Origin: Escherichia coli
Lineage (GTDB): Bacteria > Pseudomonadota > Gammaproteobacteria > Enterobacterales > Enterobacteriaceae
Strand: one strand, 5' to 3'
Length of the DNA: 64,000 nucleotides
NCBI RefSeq assembly: GCF_051903065.1
Contig: NZ_CP178438.1
Made by a program: the position numbers and the translations under genes. Below are positions 1-9,175 of the stretch, in pieces. The notes beneath the pieces are model-generated. The model worked only from the letters and a program-made list of their open reading frames with translations, searched no databases and had not been told where the DNA came from. Positions within the stretch are counted from its first letter, which is position 1. Each line of letters starts with the position of its first letter.

Positions 1-302
1 AAACGGTAAGGATCATCAATCAGGTTTTGCTGACCATGCCAGACAACAGCCAACTGATAGCGGAAAAAATTCTTACGTCGCGGAATGATGCCGCTAAAGA
101 ATCCCCGTGAGTCGAGACACTCCAGTTTTGCGAGTTTGCGCCCGGTTTTCGGTTCAATCACCCAGACATCGGTAGCGTCGGGTAAAAGGGCACGGACTTC
201 CAGTCCCGCGGTGGTTTTATGCATTCCCAGTACGGAAAAAGGATCCGCAAAATGGCCTGCAATTAGCGCGTTAATCACGTCTCTATCGATACGATCGGAC
301 AT
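1..302 (-). CDS. glgB: 1,4-alpha-glucan branching enzyme GlgB, N-terminal part only (gene continues beyond window start)
   Basis: Reverse-strand translation of 1-302 reads [18 protein letters not shown]...[21 protein letters not shown], the GlgB N-terminus; start codon is the reverse complement of cat at 300-302; truncated by the window edge so not in the ORF track. Confidence 0.85.
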   Translation of the reverse strand, partial: MSDRIDRDVINALIAGHFADPFSVLGMHKTTAGLEVRALLPDATDVWVIEPKTGRKLAKLECLDSRGFFSGIIPRRKNFFRYQLAVVWHGQQNLIDDPYR

Positions 303-574
303 GCTTGTCTTCCTGTTTTATTGTGTCACCCCATCCAATTGGATTTTTGACTTCTGGTTGTGACATTTTTTTGACCTGAACGGCGCAGCACTCTGTGCAT
401 CCTCTCTGCGTCGTCCTCACTTCAGGTAAGGCTGTGAATACTCATGTATTCAGCCACCCTTAAAGAATAGCCAATGCTCTATTTAACTCCCGGTAAATCA
501 TGAAACATCTGCGCTTACTCCTGTATTACGCACTAACAGGGGCGGCATCGCGCCCCAGATTTAATGAATAAAGA

Positions 575-1678
575 TTACGCCAGTTGACGAAGCATCCGAC
601 GCAGCGGCTCCGCGGCCCCCCACAGCAGCTGGTCGCCCACGGTAAAGGCTGACAGGAACTCTGGTCCCATATTCAGCTTACGCAGGCGGCCTACCGGCGT
701 GGTCAGCGTGCCGGTAACGGCAGCTGGGGTTAGCTCACGCATAGTGATTTCCCGATCGTTCGGAACGACTTTCGCCCACGGATTGTGCGCAGCCAGCAGT
801 TCTTCCACGGTCGGAATCGACACATCTTTTTTCAATTTAATAGTGAATGCCTGGCTGTGGCAGCGCAATGCCCCGACACGCACACATAAACCATCTACCG
901 GAATTACGGAAGATGTGTTGAGGATCTTGTTGGTTTCCGCCTGCCCTTTCCACTCTTCGCGGCTCTGACCGTTATCGAGCTGTTTGTCGATCCACGGAAT
1001 CAGGCTACCCGCCAGCGGCACGCCAAAGTTATCCACCGGCAGCTCACCGCTACGGGTTAAGGTTGTGACTTTGCGTTCGATATCGAGAATAGCAGAGGAC
1101 GGGGTCGCGAGTTCATCTGCTACATGGCCATACAGATGGCCCATCTGGGTTAATAACTCACGCATATGTCGCGCACCACCGCCGGAAGCGGCCTGGTAGG
1201 TTGCAACGGACACCCAATCAACAAGATCATTGGCGAATAAACCACCCAACGACATCAACATCAGGCTTACGGTACAGTTACCGCCAACAAAAGTCCTGAT
1301 GCCATTATTTAATCCGTCGGTAATGACGTCCTGATTGACGGGGTCAAGAATGATGATGGCGTCATCTTTCATGCGCAGAGACGATGCTGCGTCAATCCAG
1401 TAACCCTGCCATCCGCTTTCACGAAGCTTTGGATAGATTTCGTTGGTATAATCGCCGCCCTGACAGGTCACAATGATATCGAGGGCCTTTAGCGCCTCCA
1501 GATCAAAGGCATCCTGAAGTGTGCCAGTGGTTCCGCCAAAAGACGGCGCAGCCTGACCAAGCTGAGAAGTAGAAAAGAAGACAGGGCGAATGGCGTCGAA
1601 GTCGCGCTCTTCAACCATGCGTTGCATGAGAACGGAGCCGACCATACCGCGCCAGCCGATAAAACCAACATTTTTCAT
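575..1678 (-). CDS. asd: aspartate-semialdehyde dehydrogenase
   Basis: ORF 575..1738; the product from internal Met ([21 protein letters not shown]...) is 367 aa, matching Asd length and N-terminus; upstream extension in track rejected. Confidence 0.93.
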
Positions 1679-1869
1679 AAGCGTTTTTTCCTGCAAAGAT
1701 GTGTGCTGTATAAATGTGCCGGTCTCCTCTTGGCACATCTTTCACCATACAAAAAGCAGCCAAAGTCGCAAGTGAAATTAATCAATGATAGCGAAGCCAT
1801 CAGTAATGCGACTTATCCTGCTTTGTTAGCACGCAGAAAGTCCGCGGCAATTATCAGGGAATTTGAGTT

Positions 1870-2463
1870 ATGAATGAAATCATTTCTGCAGCAGTTTTAT
1901 TGATCCTGATTATGGATCCGCTCGGAAACCTACCTATTTTCATGTCCGTACTGAAACATACTGAACCGAAAAGACGGCGGGCAATCATGGTGCGAGAGTT
2001 GCTTATTGCTCTCCTGGTGATGCTGGTGTTCCTGTTTGCGGGTGAGAAAATTCTGGCATTTCTCAGCCTGCGAGCAGAAACCGTCTCCATTTCTGGCGGC
2101 ATCATTCTGTTTCTAATTGCCATTAAGATGATTTTCCCCAGCGCTTCAGGAAATAGCAGCGGGCTTCCGGCAGGTGAAGAGCCATTTATCGTGCCGCTGG
2201 CAATTCCGCTGGTCGCCGGGCCAACTATTCTCGCCACGCTGATGTTGTTGTCTCATCAGTACCCGAATCAGATGGGACATCTGGTGATTGCTCTGCTGCT
2301 GGCCTGGGGCGGCACCTTTGTCATCCTGCTACAGTCTTCGCTATTTTTACGTCTGCTGGGCGAGAAAGGGGTGAACGCACTTGAACGCCTGATGGGATTG
2401 ATTCTGGTGATGATGGCAACCCAGATGTTCCTCGACGGCATTCGAATGTGGATGAAGGGGTAA
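1870..2463 (+). CDS. yhgN: MarC-family inner membrane protein YhgN
   Basis: 197-aa hydrophobic ORF MNEIISAAVLLILIMDPLGNLPIF...; position right after asd as in E. coli. Confidence 0.9.
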   Translation: MNEIISAAVLLILIMDPLGNLPIFMSVLKHTEPKRRRAIMVRELLIALLVMLVFLFAGEKILAFLSLRAETVSISGGIILFLIAIKMIFPSASGNSSGLPAGEEPFIVPLAIPLVAGPTILATLMLLSHQYPNQMGHLVIALLLAWGGTFVILLQSSLFLRLLGEKGVNALERLMGLILVMMATQMFLDGIRMWMKG

Positions 2464-2468
2464 GGTTC

Positions 2469-2507
2469 AAACAGGTGCTGCACACAACCAGACGCGGCAC
2501 CTGTTTT
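2469..2507 (+). terminator. putative stem-loop terminator between convergent yhgN and DprA-like gene
   Basis: aaacaggtgc (2469-2478) pairs with gcacctgttt (2497-2506), followed by T-run; loop is long (18 nt), so strength uncertain. Confidence 0.4.
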
Positions 2508-2508
2508 A

Positions 2509-3711
2509 TTACCTGAACTGATAATGACCTTCGCCCAATCGGATAACCCTTCCCTCTTCTTCTGCGCGGTTCAGCCACACACTAATTTGTTCGATGGTTA
2601 AACCAGTACAAGACGCCAGCCTTTCAATACTTATCGATTCCTTTGCAAGGATCGCCAGTTCCGCCACAAAGAGTTGATAAAAATCGACAGGCGTATACGC
2701 GGGCATTACTGCGTAATTTGCGTCATCTTCATGCAGCGAAAACAGTTCTGGTTGAGCGTTACGGAGTGCTCTGTCATACATCAGCCCAGGAACGTCTGGC
2801 AGTCTGATCGTCACATTCTCAGCCTGTTCAGCACTCCATGACGCCCCATTTTCTACTAATCGTGAATTGGCTGATTGCATATCCTGATTTGGTTTAACCT
2901 GCACAGGCAGCCACTGATGTTTTAATGCCTCCATCGCCCCGGTTATCGTTCCACCGGTCATTCCCGCACGTACAACCATTGCGCTTTCAGCAAGGCAATA
3001 AATATATTTATTTCGCGCCATCGCATTGCCGACGGTGAAACGTACCTCTGGGTAAAACGGCGAAATCAACACCAGGTTGCCTGCTATAAGCCCTTCACGC
3101 CATTTCACTAACGTACTCGTTTTTAACAAGCTATCAGCTAATACGCCAACGGCAGTTCCCCCGGCCTCCAGTGCCGACGCCATTGCACATTCATCAATAC
3201 CTCGCGCACCACCAGAGATAACGCAAATCCCCTGTTGGGCCAGTTTCGCGGCCAGTTGTTGGGTATAGCGCAAATCGTCAGTCGGAGCATCTCGCGAGCC
3301 AACAATCGCCATACCTTCCGCTTGCAGTAATGCTTTATTCCCGCAGCCAAATAAAACGGGAGGTGCATCCGTTCGCAATCGGTTTTTCAAGCGAACGGGA
3401 TAATCAGCATCTCCGCGGGTTAAGATCCATAAACCGGCGCGTTGCCACTTATCTACCGCCAACGCCAGACTATGACCACGCGCCAGCAAGCCAAGAATAC
3501 GCTCCTGAGAAATACGCGGATCGCTCCAGCCTGTAAGTTTCTCTTGCGGTTGCGGCACCAGAAGCTCGGCGGGACTGATACGTTGGTGCTTCAGCCATAA
3601 TGCAAACTTCCCCCATTCACTATTACTAAGAGGTTTATACTCACTCGCCGCCGCGCGAGAAAAATCGCTGGTTAGCAGGAGAGTTGCTTGTGCATTGGCT
3701 GAAAGATTCAT
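2509..3711 (-). CDS. DprA/Smf-like (SLOG Rossmann-fold) DNA-processing protein paralog
   Basis: ORF 2509..3804; DprA signature ...AIVGSRDAPTDDL...VISGGARGIDECAMASALEAGGTAVGVLADSL...MARNKYIYCLAESAMVVRAG; start assigned to Met32 (3709-3711), which overlaps the upstream helicase stop in a TGATG arrangement; the alternative start at 3804 would overlap the helicase by 94 nt. Confidence 0.75.
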   Translation of the reverse strand: MNLSANAQATLLLTSDFSRAAASEYKPLSNSEWGKFALWLKHQRISPAELLVPQPQEKLTGWSDPRISQERILGLLARGHSLALAVDKWQRAGLWILTRGDADYPVRLKNRLRTDAPPVLFGCGNKALLQAEGMAIVGSRDAPTDDLRYTQQLAAKLAQQGICVISGGARGIDECAMASALEAGGTAVGVLADSLLKTSTLVKWREGLIAGNLVLISPFYPEVRFTVGNAMARNKYIYCLAESAMVVRAGMTGGTITGAMEALKHQWLPVQVKPNQDMQSANSRLVENGASWSAEQAENVTIRLPDVPGLMYDRALRNAQPELFSLHEDDANYAVMPAYTPVDFYQLFVAELAILAKESISIERLASCTGLTIEQISVWLNRAEEEGRVIRLGEGHYQFR

Positions 3712-5807
3712 CAATTTTTTACCGAGGTAGAAGCAAGGGCAAGAGGATAAACCGTCGGGCAACCTGCCTGGCGTAACAGTGCTGTCAGAACTGTCAGCGT
3801 CCATGCAGAATCCACGATATCGTCAACCAGCAACGCCGGACCAGGCATCAAAGGAGGGGTAATCACAAACGCCCCGTCGAGATTTTGACACTGGTGGAAA
3901 CGGTTTTGCTGCATTTTCTGCGGTGGATTGTCCACGACTTTTTCAATGGCATCAATAAAAGGTAAGCCAAGTTTCGCCGCCAGTCGCCGGGCAAAATCAG
4001 AAACCAGGTCGAGGTGCTTTAATGAAGGAACGCAGCATACCCAGGTTGGTTCAGGATGCGGATTCCAGCGTTGGCGAACCATTTCCGCACATGCCTCCAC
4101 CAGTTCATCACTGAATCGTCCCGTTTTTTTCTCCTGTGCTACCTGCTTTCCCCACCCGGAATCTCCCCAACGAGAAAGGATTCGCCCCGTAGATCCTTGT
4201 AAACTCGCAGGCAAGTTCCCTTTAAATCCGTATTGCGTAAAAGCCCCAGCTGCCACCTGTTTATTGAGATTTAATGGCAGGTCAGCGTGTTTAATAAATA
4301 AGTTTGCCGCATGGAGTAAGCCGCTATCAATGTCGGGCGACAACAACGGACGCTGAAGACAACTGCTACATTTACCACAACGTTCGGCACCTGGCTCATC
4401 GAGTGCGCGGCGCAGAAATTGCATTTTGCACTCCTTGGTCGTGATATAGCTTTCAACGTCTGCCAGCTCACTTTTTCTCTGATTCATCAAATGGTTAATT
4501 CGTTCATGGTCAGGAGAAAAACTGACAATTGTTCTGCGCCATAATTTCTCGGTATACACCACAGGCGATGGATTTTCAGCTACCAATAATTTCAGTGCTT
4601 TTTCTATTTGCCCATAACGGAGATTCGTCCGTTGTTCAATGCCTCGTAAGGTAAGACCGTCATTCACGCTAAGTACGTTGAGTATTTCATGAATTTGTGC
4701 CTCCGCAGGAAAGGCGCTTTCACGGAAGAATTTATGAATAGCACGGTCTTCACTGCCGCAAAGCAGTATGCCAACAGCAGAATCGATACCGCGACCGGCA
4801 CGCCCCACCTGTTGGTAGTAACCAACTATCGAACCTGGCATCTGGTAATGAATAACAAACCCCAAATCCGGTTTGTCAAAGCCCATTCCCAGCGCCGTTG
4901 TCGCAACCAGCACTTTAATTTTATTTGCCAGCAACGCCTGCTCCAGATATTCCCTGGCAGTATTAGAATCTTCCGCGCCTTCACAAGTCACGCCGCTGTA
5001 GTAAGCAAATGCACTGATACCATTTTTCCTTAACCACTCGGCGACAAGTTCGGCATCGCGAGTAGTCAGGGTATAAACAATTCCCGATTTGGAAAACTGA
5101 GGGATAACCGTTGCTAACCATGCCAGACGGGATGACTGTTCACCTAAGACTAAGGCATCAAGCGCCAAACTTTCGCGAGCCAGCGTTCCACGCTGAATCA
5201 CAATGTCACCCAATTGCTGACGGATATCCTCAACGACACGGTTATTCGCTGTCGCGGTTGTACCCAGAACAGGGGTATTCGCAGGTAGTTGGCGCAAAAT
5301 ATCTAATATACGTCGGTAATCCGGGCGAAAATCGTGGCCCCAATCAGAGATGCAGTGCGCCTCGTCGACCACAAGCAAGCCAATACGATCGGCTATAGGA
5401 TATAAAACCGTTTCGATAAAGTCCTGGTTTGCCAAACGTTCCGGGGAAACCAGCAAGCAATCGACCTCACCTTGCAGCAACTTATCGCTAATGCGCTGCC
5501 ATTCTTCTCTGTTTGTAGAATTCAACGTTTCAGCCGTAATACCTAACCGTTCAGCGGCGGCAACCTGGTTACGCATCAGGGCAAGCAAAGGAGAGATGAT
5601 AATTGTCGGGCCAGCGCCGCGATCGCGGAAGATTTTACTGGCGATGAAGTACACAGCACTTTTCCCCCAGCCAGTGCGTTGGACAACCAGCAGTTTTCGC
5701 CGTTGGTTCACCACCGCGTCTATGGCTTCCCATTGCCCTTCCCTGAAAGTAGCGGTGGTATTTCCTAACATCCGCTGTAAAAGCAATTCAGCTGCGTGCT
5801 TTTCCAT
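3711..5807 (-). CDS. RecQ-family SF2 DNA helicase with C-terminal ComF/GntX-like phosphoribosyltransferase-fold domain
   Basis: 698 aa; Walker A QRTGWGKS, DEAH box VVDEAHCISDWGHDFRPDY, TATA motif, QQVGRAGRG arginine finger, Cys4 zinc site C460/C477/C480/C483 (17-3-3 spacing as in RecQ); C-terminal ...GAFVITPP...PALLVDDIVDSAWTL... resembles the PRTase-type nucleotide-binding loop of ComF-family proteins; strong SD (aggag) upstream of ATG at 5805-5807. Confidence 0.8.
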   Translation of the reverse strand: MEKHAAELLLQRMLGNTTATFREGQWEAIDAVVNQRRKLLVVQRTGWGKSAVYFIASKIFRDRGAGPTIIISPLLALMRNQVAAAERLGITAETLNSTNREEWQRISDKLLQGEVDCLLVSPERLANQDFIETVLYPIADRIGLLVVDEAHCISDWGHDFRPDYRRILDILRQLPANTPVLGTTATANNRVVEDIRQQLGDIVIQRGTLARESLALDALVLGEQSSRLAWLATVIPQFSKSGIVYTLTTRDAELVAEWLRKNGISAFAYYSGVTCEGAEDSNTAREYLEQALLANKIKVLVATTALGMGFDKPDLGFVIHYQMPGSIVGYYQQVGRAGRGIDSAVGILLCGSEDRAIHKFFRESAFPAEAQIHEILNVLSVNDGLTLRGIEQRTNLRYGQIEKALKLLVAENPSPVVYTEKLWRRTIVSFSPDHERINHLMNQRKSELADVESYITTKECKMQFLRRALDEPGAERCGKCSSCLQRPLLSPDIDSGLLHAANLFIKHADLPLNLNKQVAAGAFTQYGFKGNLPASLQGSTGRILSRWGDSGWGKQVAQEKKTGRFSDELVEACAEMVRQRWNPHPEPTWVCCVPSLKHLDLVSDFARRLAAKLGLPFIDAIEKVVDNPPQKMQQNRFHQCQNLDGAFVITPPLMPGPALLVDDIVDSAWTLTVLTALLRQAGCPTVYPLALASTSVKN

Positions 5808-5907
5808 CTTTATCTCCTGCGATCTTTAGGCAGTGATTAGAACGGATTATTTGCAGGTAAATTTGCGAGAGAGATCAAAAAGATGAAGAGAGGAGAAAAG
5901 AGAAATG

Positions 5908-5935
5908 AATTACTGCGAGCAAGCTCGCAGTAATT
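5908..5935 (-). terminator. rho-independent terminator downstream of gntU
   Basis: Perfect inverted repeat aattactgcgagc-aa-gctcgcagtaatt; on the minus strand it is followed by a T-rich tract (catttctcttttctcc...). Confidence 0.6.
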
Positions 5936-5946
5936 TGTCGCAGTAA

Positions 5947-7287
5947 TTAACTCAACAGCTGGAACGCAATCATCCCAACGATGGCACCAACAGTGCCGAG
6001 GATGGTTTCCATCATGGTCCAGGTTTTCAGCGTTTCGGCTTCGGTCGCGCCGGTAAATTTACCGAACAACCAGAAACCGGCGTCGTTAACGTGGCTGACA
6101 ACAATCGAACCACCGGCGATACAAATCGACAGCGCCGCCATTTGCGCACCGGAGTAGTTCAGTTGTTCAATGACCGGCATCACCAGCCCCACCGCCGTTA
6201 AACAGGCAACGGTGGCAGACCCCTGAATGATGCGCACTGCAGCTGCCAGCACGAAGCAGGTGATAGCAATCGGCAGGCCCATGCCGGTTAACGCTTCGCC
6301 CAGTGCCGGACCTACGCCAGAGTCAACCAGCACCTGTTTGAACACGCCGCCCGCACCAATCACCAGCAGAATGATCCCCGCCGGTTGCAGCGCGTGACCG
6401 CAAATCTCCATCACTTTGTCTTTTGGCATGCCCTGACGCATTGCCAGGCCATAAATCGCTACCAGACAAGCAACCAGAATCGCGGTAAACGGATGACCAA
6501 TAAACTCGAACCATTCGTAAGCAGTAGAGCCTTCCGGCACAAAACGCGCGGCAATGGTTTTCAGCCCCACCAGCACCAGCGGCAGCAGGATCAGCGACAG
6601 GCTGAATCCGAAGGACGGCATTTTGCCTTCGCCGAGATGCGGCTCGCTGATGTCGTCAGGAATATGCAGCTCAACGTAACGGCTGATGAAGTTACCCCAC
6701 AGCGGCCCGGCAATAATCATTCCCGGAATTGCCGCACACAGGCCAATCAGGATCATCCAGCCAAAATCGGCGTTCATCTGCGATGCCAGCAGCATTGGCG
6801 CTGGCCCTGGCACCAGGAACGCCGCCGCTGCCGCCACGCCTGCGAATAATGGGATTACCAGCTTCACCAGGTTCGTACCGGTGTGGCGCGCCATTGAGAA
6901 AGCAACGCTAATCAGCAGAACAATCGCCACTTCAAAGAACAGCGGTAGCGCACAGACCAGCCCCGCAAGGCCGATGGCATAATGCGCGCGGCTGTGACCG
7001 AAGGATTTAAGCATTTTGACGGCAATCTGATCGACTGCGCCGGTTTCATGTAAGATCTTGCCAAACATAGCTCCCAGGGCGACAACCACCGCCAGGAAGC
7101 CGAGGGTGCCTCCCATCCCTTTTTCCATCGTCGCTGCGATTTTATCGAGCGGCATACCGGAAAAAAGGCCAGCCCCCATGGACACCACCATTAAAGCCAG
7201 GAAAGCGTGCATACGCGCCTTCATGACTAAAAACAGCAGCAGTAAAACAGACCCTACTGCTGTTAAAACAAGCGTTAATGTAGTCAC
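5947..7287 (-). CDS. gntU: low-affinity gluconate transporter (GntP family)
   Basis: 446-aa polytopic membrane protein MTTLTLVLTAVGSVLLLLFLVMKARMHAF...; conserved position upstream of gntK/gntR. Confidence 0.9.
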   Translation of the reverse strand: MTTLTLVLTAVGSVLLLLFLVMKARMHAFLALMVVSMGAGLFSGMPLDKIAATMEKGMGGTLGFLAVVVALGAMFGKILHETGAVDQIAVKMLKSFGHSRAHYAIGLAGLVCALPLFFEVAIVLLISVAFSMARHTGTNLVKLVIPLFAGVAAAAAFLVPGPAPMLLASQMNADFGWMILIGLCAAIPGMIIAGPLWGNFISRYVELHIPDDISEPHLGEGKMPSFGFSLSLILLPLVLVGLKTIAARFVPEGSTAYEWFEFIGHPFTAILVACLVAIYGLAMRQGMPKDKVMEICGHALQPAGIILLVIGAGGVFKQVLVDSGVGPALGEALTGMGLPIAITCFVLAAAVRIIQGSATVACLTAVGLVMPVIEQLNYSGAQMAALSICIAGGSIVVSHVNDAGFWLFGKFTGATEAETLKTWTMMETILGTVGAIVGMIAFQLLS

Positions 7288-7290
7288 TAC

Positions 7291-7818
7291 TTATTTGCCT
7301 TTTTTAATAACCTCAATGGTGCTTGCCACAACACCTTCCAGCGGTTGATCGATATCCACCACCAGTACATCGGTTTCGTCCGCACCCGGCTCCTGCAGCG
7401 TTTCAAACTGCGTCACCAACATTTGGGTTTTAAAGAAATGGCCTTTGCGCGCTTTCAGGCGGCTTTCAATCACATCAAAATCGCCTTTCAGGTAGATGAA
7501 AGAGAGATTCGGATTACCTTCACGCAGCAAGTCGCGATAGTGTTTTTTCAATGCAGAACAGACGATCAGTGACACTTTATTAGTGCGCTGCATAGCAAAC
7601 GCGGCGTCGTTCAGCGCCTGCAACCACGGTTTGCGATCGTCGTCATTCAGCGGTTCGCCAGACGCCATTTTTTCGATATTGCGCCGTGGATGGAGGAAAT
7701 CGCCATCAAGAAACGCGGCATGAAGTTGATGCGCCACTTCACTGGCGACCGCAGATTTGCCGCTGCCCGATACGCCCATCAAGACGTAAACGTGGTGATC
7801 ATGGTTAGTCGTGCTCAA
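7291..7818 (-). CDS. gntK: gluconokinase (thermoresistant)
   Basis: P-loop MGVSGSGKSAV; ORF track starts at ATG 7839, but the 175-aa form beginning (M)STTNHDHH... from a TTG codon at 7816-7818 matches the known GntK N-terminus; start uncertain by 7 codons. Confidence 0.85.
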   Translation of the reverse strand: MSTTNHDHHVYVLMGVSGSGKSAVASEVAHQLHAAFLDGDFLHPRRNIEKMASGEPLNDDDRKPWLQALNDAAFAMQRTNKVSLIVCSALKKHYRDLLREGNPNLSFIYLKGDFDVIESRLKARKGHFFKTQMLVTQFETLQEPGADETDVLVVDIDQPLEGVVASTIEVIKKGK

Positions 7819-7956
7819 AGTGGTGCCCCCACAATACAAGAATTAAAAATGTTACGGGTAACTGTTATCGGTAACATTGTCCAGCCGGACAATATCAGAA
7901 GCAATATCCATCCGTGCCTTAAGTGTATAAGTGTGAGCTACTTCAAATTTGTGGGC

Positions 7957-8952
7957 TTAAATAGATCCGCCCGGTGACAAGGTGAAACCTAAATCTAACA
8001 TTTTAGGTGTCACAGATTCGCCACGAATACGCGCCAGAAGGCGTTCAGCGCCAATACTGCCCATCCGCTCACGCGGCGTCAGCACGCTCGCAAGTCGTGG
8101 CTCCATCACCTGACCAATGTCATGACCGTGGAAACCGGCAATCGCCATATCGTCAGGAACTTTTAACCCCAGACGCTGACATTCAAACGCCGCGCCGACC
8201 GCCAGATCATCATTAGTACAGAACACGCCATCCAGCTGCGGATATTCCCGCCGCGCCTGGCGAATCAGTTCAATACCGGAAGAGTAAGAAGAAGATTGCT
8301 CAACCATCACGCTATACGGCACCAGGCCTGCATCCCGCATCGCCTGTTCGTATCCCTTCTGTTTGATGATAGTACGTTCGTCGAGACGTGCGCCGAGATA
8401 GGCAATATGGCGATGCCCGCGAGCAATAATGGCGGCGGTCATCTGGCGTGCCGCTTCAAAGTTATCAAAACCGACGGCAATATCGAGGCATGGCGACTTG
8501 CTGTCCATCAGTTCCACCACGGGAATCCCCGCCACTTCAATCATCTTTAAGGTGCGCGGCGTGTGCGTACGTTCAGTGAGGATCAGGCCGTCGATATTCC
8601 AGGAGAGCATGGATTCGAGGCGTTCTTGCTCCATTTCCGGTTTATAACCGTAGTGGGCCAGCATGGTCTGATAACCGTGCGCGTCGGTGACGCTTTCGAT
8701 TCCGCGTAATACTTCCGCGAAAACCTGGTTGGTGAGAGAAGGTAACAGGACGCCAATCGCCCGGCTGGTGGCGTTAGAGAGGATATCGGGCGCGCGATTG
8801 GGAATATAGCCCAGTTCATCAAGAGCCGCGGCAATCTTGCCGCGTAGAGCGACGGAAACCTGCTCCGGGTTGCGTAAAAAACGGCTGACCGTCATTTTGG
8901 TCACGCCTACACGGTCAGCCACATCCTGAAGTACGGGTCTTTTCTTTTTCAT
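7957..8952 (-). CDS. gntR: LacI-family gluconate repressor
   Basis: 331 aa with N-terminal HTH MKKKRPVLQDVADRVGVTKMTVSRFL and periplasmic-binding-protein-like core. Confidence 0.92.
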   Translation of the reverse strand: MKKKRPVLQDVADRVGVTKMTVSRFLRNPEQVSVALRGKIAAALDELGYIPNRAPDILSNATSRAIGVLLPSLTNQVFAEVLRGIESVTDAHGYQTMLAHYGYKPEMEQERLESMLSWNIDGLILTERTHTPRTLKMIEVAGIPVVELMDSKSPCLDIAVGFDNFEAARQMTAAIIARGHRHIAYLGARLDERTIIKQKGYEQAMRDAGLVPYSVMVEQSSSYSSGIELIRQARREYPQLDGVFCTNDDLAVGAAFECQRLGLKVPDDMAIAGFHGHDIGQVMEPRLASVLTPRERMGSIGAERLLARIRGESVTPKMLDLGFTLSPGGSI

Positions 8953-9175
8953 CGTCCTGAAGGTACAAAAGAGATAGATTCTCTTAGTTTAACACGGACG
9001 CATCAGAACCTTCCCGGGGAAAACAGTGCTTGTTTACAATTATTAGATATACACTAAATCAATTGCATCGCATTGTGCTAACGACGCGGCAAAACCCCGG
9101 AAGCGTACATCAGCACGCGACCGGAGCGAGTGAGGAAGCCTGCAAAAGGGCAGGCTTCAAAGATGCCGTTGAGTT

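Noticed and set aside
85-363. 92-aa plus-strand ORF at the window start
   Set aside because: It lies antisense to the glgB N-terminal coding region (minus strand, 1-302), which has an unmistakable GlgB translation; no SD, so likely spurious.
699-1199. Plus-strand ORFs (699..968, 984..1199) inside asd
   Set aside because: Antisense to a well-supported housekeeping gene; typical GC-rich antisense open frames.
3711-3804. Longer start (3804) for the DprA-like gene as given in the ORF track
   Set aside because: It would overlap the helicase gene by 94 nt; the TGATG-coupled Met at 3709-3711 gives a more conventional architecture. Retained as an alternative.
7819-7839. ATG start at 7839 for gntK (182-aa form)
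   Set aside because: The known GntK N-terminus (MSTTNHDHH...) corresponds to a TTG start 7 codons downstream; the extra N-terminal MYCGGTT is probably untranslated leader.
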